From Escherichia phage vB_EcoM_I14.1, in the sequence record PP892526.1: 64,000 nucleotides of DNA. One strand, given 5' to 3'. The position numbers were made by a program, and so were the translations under genes. Every line of letters begins with the position of its first letter. The stretch's first letter is position 1. Shown piece after piece: positions 60,529-64,000 of this stretch. Under the pieces are notes generated by a model that saw only the letters and a program-made list of their open reading frames with translations, was not told the DNA's origin and ran no database searches.

Positions 60529-62763
60529 ATGATTAAGACAATTAAAAAATCAAACGGTACAGTAGTAAACTTTGACCCAGAAAGACTGAATAAGTGGGCA
60601 TCATGGGCAGATAAGCGTGGTATTATCTGGTCAGAAGTCACTATGGAAGCTATGAAACGTGTCTATGAAGGTTGCACTACAAAAGAGATGCACCAAGCCA
60701 TGATTGATGTTTGTGTTGATAAACAAACTCAAGAGTACTCAGATATGGCTGGACGGCTACTGCTGGGAATTATCTACAAAGAAGCCTTTGGAGGCTTTAC
60801 TAAGGTTCCTACGCTGATTACCTTCGTTAAAAATATGGAGAGAGCAGGACTTTGGGAGAAGATGGACTATTCTCAGGAAGAGCTTGAATATCTGCAAGGG
60901 TACATTGTGCACTCAAAAGATATCTCTTACGGTTATGCAGTCCTGAAACAGTTTAGAGATAAGTATGGTATCCGTGATATTAAAACGGGAAGACTTTTTG
61001 AGTCACCACAGTTTATGTTTATGGGTATGGCTATGAAAGCCTTTGAGAAGCAACCAAAGCACCGTAGACTGCAAGATGTTATCAAGCTGTACACTTACCT
61101 ATCTGACCTGAAGATTAATGCTCCTACGCCTTATCTGAATGGTTTAAGAGCTACTAAATCAGGTTATGCGTCATGCTGTTTGATTAAGGCGAATGATACC
61201 GCTGAATCACTTGGTATTGCTGCAAAGGTTGCTTATGATATGACTACAAAGCAAGCTGGTATTGGGATGCTGATGGAGACTCGTACTATTGGTGATGGTA
61301 TCCGTCAAAATACTATTGAGCACATGGGTAAGCTGCCTTATTACAAGCTTGTACGTTCATCTGTAGAGGCAAATAAACAGAAGAGTCGTGGTGGTTCAGC
61401 TAACAACTTCTACACTGCTCTAGACCCGCAGATTGAAGATTTACTACGCTTGAAGCACCCTACAACGGTTCCTTCTAAACGTATTAACGAGATGGACTAC
61501 TCATTTGGTACAAATGATTATTTCTGGCAGTGTGTTCAGTATGATACAGATTGGTTACTATTCTCTTACAAGGATGCACCAAAACTTTATGATATGTTCT
61601 ACACCGCATCTGCTGATGAGTTTGCTATGGCAGTTGGTCACGCAGTACATTCTGGTGTTAAGCACAGACGAGTAAAGGCTCGTGAAATTGCTAAACTGTT
61701 TATCCAGCAGCGTTATGCAACAGGTCGTGTGTATCCATTCTTCACAAATAATGCAAACACACATACACCATTTAAAGAACCTTTGAAGATGTCAAATCTT
61801 TGTATGGAAATTGTGTTGCCAGTGTACGGTTTTGAGAAAGAGACAGACCTTTACAGAGATGATGCTGTGAAAGAGGATGGTGAGGTAGCTCTTTGCTTCC
61901 TAGCTAGTTTGGTTGCAGGGAGAATTTCAGAAGATGAATACGCTGACGTTGCTTATTATGCTCTTGCAATGGTTGACTCCGTTATTGACCTTATGGATTA
62001 TCCGTATCCGTCGATGCGCAACCATGTTCAGAAGCGTCGTTCTGTTGGGATTGGCCTTACAAATGTGGCTCATTACCTTGCGAAAAACTACGTGAACTAT
62101 TCTTCAAGAGCAGGTAAGACGAAGCTTCATGAGCTTGCTGAAATGCACTCTTACTACTTACATGAAGCTTCTTTAAGACTTGCTAAAGAACGTGGTGTAC
62201 CTGAGTATATGCAGTTCACTAAGTATCCTGAAGGTTGGGTTCCTCCGAAGACAGCTAACAAGAAGATTGATGAGAAGCATGATGCAAAACTAAGATATGA
62301 TTGGGATGACTTAGCACAACGTATTAAAGAAAATGGTGGAATCCGCAACTCCGTATTAGAAGCTTACATGCCTAATGAGAGTTCTTCACTGGCAACTAAT
62401 ACGACAAATGGCTTGTATCCAATTCGTGACTTTATTTTAACTAAAAAGTCTGCAACTGGTAACGTACTGTTTATTGTTCCAGATTACGAAGAGTTGAAGT
62501 ATGTCTATGAAATTGCTTGGGATATTGACACCTTTGACCTGATTGATTGTTATGCAATTGTTCAAAAGTTCACTGGTCAAGCTATCTCTTCAGATTTCTA
62601 TGTTGACTACGCAAAAGCTAAGAAGGTATCATTAGCTCAAGCTTTGAAGTACATGATTTATGCCAACTCAGTAGGTATGAAAACCATGTACTACCTTAAC
62701 AGTCGCATTGGTGTAGGTAAATCTGCACTGCAAGATGCTTATTGCGAGGGTTGTGGTGTTTAG
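60529..62763 (+). CDS. nrdA: ribonucleoside-diphosphate reductase alpha subunit (class I)
   Basis: 744 aa, N-terminal ATP-cone-like region, active-site segment SNLCMEIVLP, C-terminal CEGC. Confidence 0.85.
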   Translation: MIKTIKKSNGTVVNFDPERLNKWASWADKRGIIWSEVTMEAMKRVYEGCTTKEMHQAMIDVCVDKQTQEYSDMAGRLLLGIIYKEAFGGFTKVPTLITFVKNMERAGLWEKMDYSQEELEYLQGYIVHSKDISYGYAVLKQFRDKYGIRDIKTGRLFESPQFMFMGMAMKAFEKQPKHRRLQDVIKLYTYLSDLKINAPTPYLNGLRATKSGYASCCLIKANDTAESLGIAAKVAYDMTTKQAGIGMLMETRTIGDGIRQNTIEHMGKLPYYKLVRSSVEANKQKSRGGSANNFYTALDPQIEDLLRLKHPTTVPSKRINEMDYSFGTNDYFWQCVQYDTDWLLFSYKDAPKLYDMFYTASADEFAMAVGHAVHSGVKHRRVKAREIAKLFIQQRYATGRVYPFFTNNANTHTPFKEPLKMSNLCMEIVLPVYGFEKETDLYRDDAVKEDGEVALCFLASLVAGRISEDEYADVAYYALAMVDSVIDLMDYPYPSMRNHVQKRRSVGIGLTNVAHYLAKNYVNYSSRAGKTKLHELAEMHSYYLHEASLRLAKERGVPEYMQFTKYPEGWVPPKTANKKIDEKHDAKLRYDWDDLAQRIKENGGIRNSVLEAYMPNESSSLATNTTNGLYPIRDFILTKKSATGNVLFIVPDYEELKYVYEIAWDIDTFDLIDCYAIVQKFTGQAISSDFYVDYAKAKKVSLAQALKYMIYANSVGMKTMYYLNSRIGVGKSALQDAYCEGCGV

Positions 62764-62818
62764 TTTTAATAACTATGAGGGTCGTAAAAGACCCTCTAAA
62801 ATTAACTTTGGAGGAACT

Positions 62819-63076
62819 ATGAAAGACCTAATAGAAAAACATGAGAGACCCATATACTTGCTCCACAAACCTCGGAAAACGCTGTACTATGTAAGTAGCA
62901 CAGATATGATGATAAAACAAAATGATGACTCATGGGTCGATGGTGTCTCTTACATCTCTACAGCAGATGGTAAAATCTATGCAAGACCTTATGACATGTT
63001 TAACAAAGAAAATTGGGAAGTTTTAGACAGAAAACAAGCCTTAGAGATGATAAAGAAAGGAGAAATCACGCTATGA
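62819..63076 (+). CDS. hypothetical small protein between nrdA and nrdB
   Basis: ATG 62819 with GGAGG RBS; track start 62735 overlaps nrdA. Confidence 0.5.
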   Translation: MKDLIEKHERPIYLLHKPRKTLYYVSSTDMMIKQNDDSWVDGVSYISTADGKIYARPYDMFNKENWEVLDRKQALEMIKKGEITL

Positions 63077-64000
63077 TTAACCAACACCCAATCTTTTTAG
63101 GTGGTGAGAGAAAAACATTCGACTCACTTAATAAGCACTACCCAAAAATCTTTGAGCTATATAAACAACAAAAAGCACAAGACTGGTCAGAAGATGAGTT
63201 CCCTTTTGAACAATCACGTCTTGATTTTGAGAGTGTACCAGCATCAATGTCAGGTGTAATGCTTGAGATTCTTAAGTGGCAGTGGGAAGCAGATACCCAA
63301 GTTGCTAAGAGTTTAGCATTTTCCTTTGCACCATTCATCTCTGATGACATTTATGCAACTGCAATTGTGAAGCAGACTGAGATTGAAAACCTACACGCTC
63401 TCACTTACTCGGAGATTGTAAGACAATGTATTAAAAATCCTGAAACAATCTTAGATGAGATTAACCAGAACATTGCTGTACAAGACCGATTAAAAACTGT
63501 GAACCGTGTTCTTGAAGAATTGCTGGACGAAGGTATAAACTATCGGCTGAGTTATGTCCGTGACTCACTTCTGGATAAAGACCCTTTACACTTCCATAAA
63601 GTGATTCTAAAAGGTCTATTTGCAGTTACTGCACTTGAAGGTATTTCTTTTATGGCATCCTTTGCATGTACTTTTGCACTTGATGCTCAAGATAAATTTC
63701 AAGGTATTGCTCAAGCTGTCCAGAAAATTATGCTTGACGAAATCCTTCACACTAAAATTGATATTGAAGTTTTAAAAGAAACTTTAAGAGATGATGAGTG
63801 GCAAAAAGCTTTCCAACAAATTCTTCCAGAGATTAAAGTAATCTTAGATGAAGTAGTTGAAAGTGAAGAGAAATGGTCGTATTATATCTTCTCCGAAGGA
63901 CGTGCTGTAGTTGGGTTAAATACAAAGCTTCTTCATGAGTGGGTTTACTATAATGCTGCCCCACTGTATGATATGTTTGGCATTCCCAGAGATTTTGTAG
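63073..64000 (+). CDS. nrdB: ribonucleotide reductase beta subunit, 3'-truncated by window end
   Basis: ATGA overlap with previous stop; open frame to window end; paired ExxH motifs (ENLH, EILH); not in ORF track because no stop. Confidence 0.7.
   Translation, partial: MINQHPIFLGGERKTFDSLNKHYPKIFELYKQQKAQDWSEDEFPFEQSRLDFESVPASMSGVMLEILKWQWEADTQVAKSLAFSFAPFISDDIYATAIVKQTEIENLHALTYSEIVRQCIKNPETILDEINQNIAVQDRLKTVNRVLEELLDEGINYRLSYVRDSLLDKDPLHFHKVILKGLFAVTALEGISFMASFACTFALDAQDKFQGIAQAVQKIMLDEILHTKIDIEVLKETLRDDEWQKAFQQILPEIKVILDEVVESEEKWSYYIFSEGRAVVGLNTKLLHEWVYYNAAPLYDMFGIPRDFV

Overview
This window reads as a contiguous stretch of a virulent, tRNA-rich tailed phage genome with a contractile-tail structural module; a Gram-negative host is inferred from a T4-type lysozyme and a lipobox lipoprotein. 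All calls are from reading the sequence and ORF translations by eye; no search or folding program was run, so tRNA and element coordinates are approximate (about +/-3 nt). Layout: (1) 1-1200, a non-coding region packed with phased short direct repeats (core TGTTA); (2) 1207-8603, a leftward operon of small unknown genes plus an endolysin and an Ig-like-domain paralog pair; (3) 8604-16740, a rightward block with a Ro60-like TROVE/vWA protein, about 26 tRNA genes, an HNH endonuclease, and several conserved structured non-coding elements; (4) 16742-40641, the morphogenesis module (terminase, portal, protease-scaffold, decoration and capsid proteins, sheath, tube, tape measure, baseplate, two tail fibres, holin-like genes); (5) 40678-51436, a leftward replication/nucleotide-metabolism block (thyA, DHFR, ligase, family-A DNA polymerase) interrupted by two unusual repeat arrays; (6) 51694-64000, a rightward block (dNMP kinase, primase-helicase, SSB-like, exonuclease, GIY-YIG protein, nrdA, partial nrdB). 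The most interesting candidates are a phage Ro60-like protein next to Y-RNA-like elements (one carrying a circularly permuted tRNA-like domain), the (GGTNN)n/palindrome/hairpin repeat arrays at 44.2-44.8 kb and 45.9-46.1 kb, and the TGTTA repeat array at the window start.
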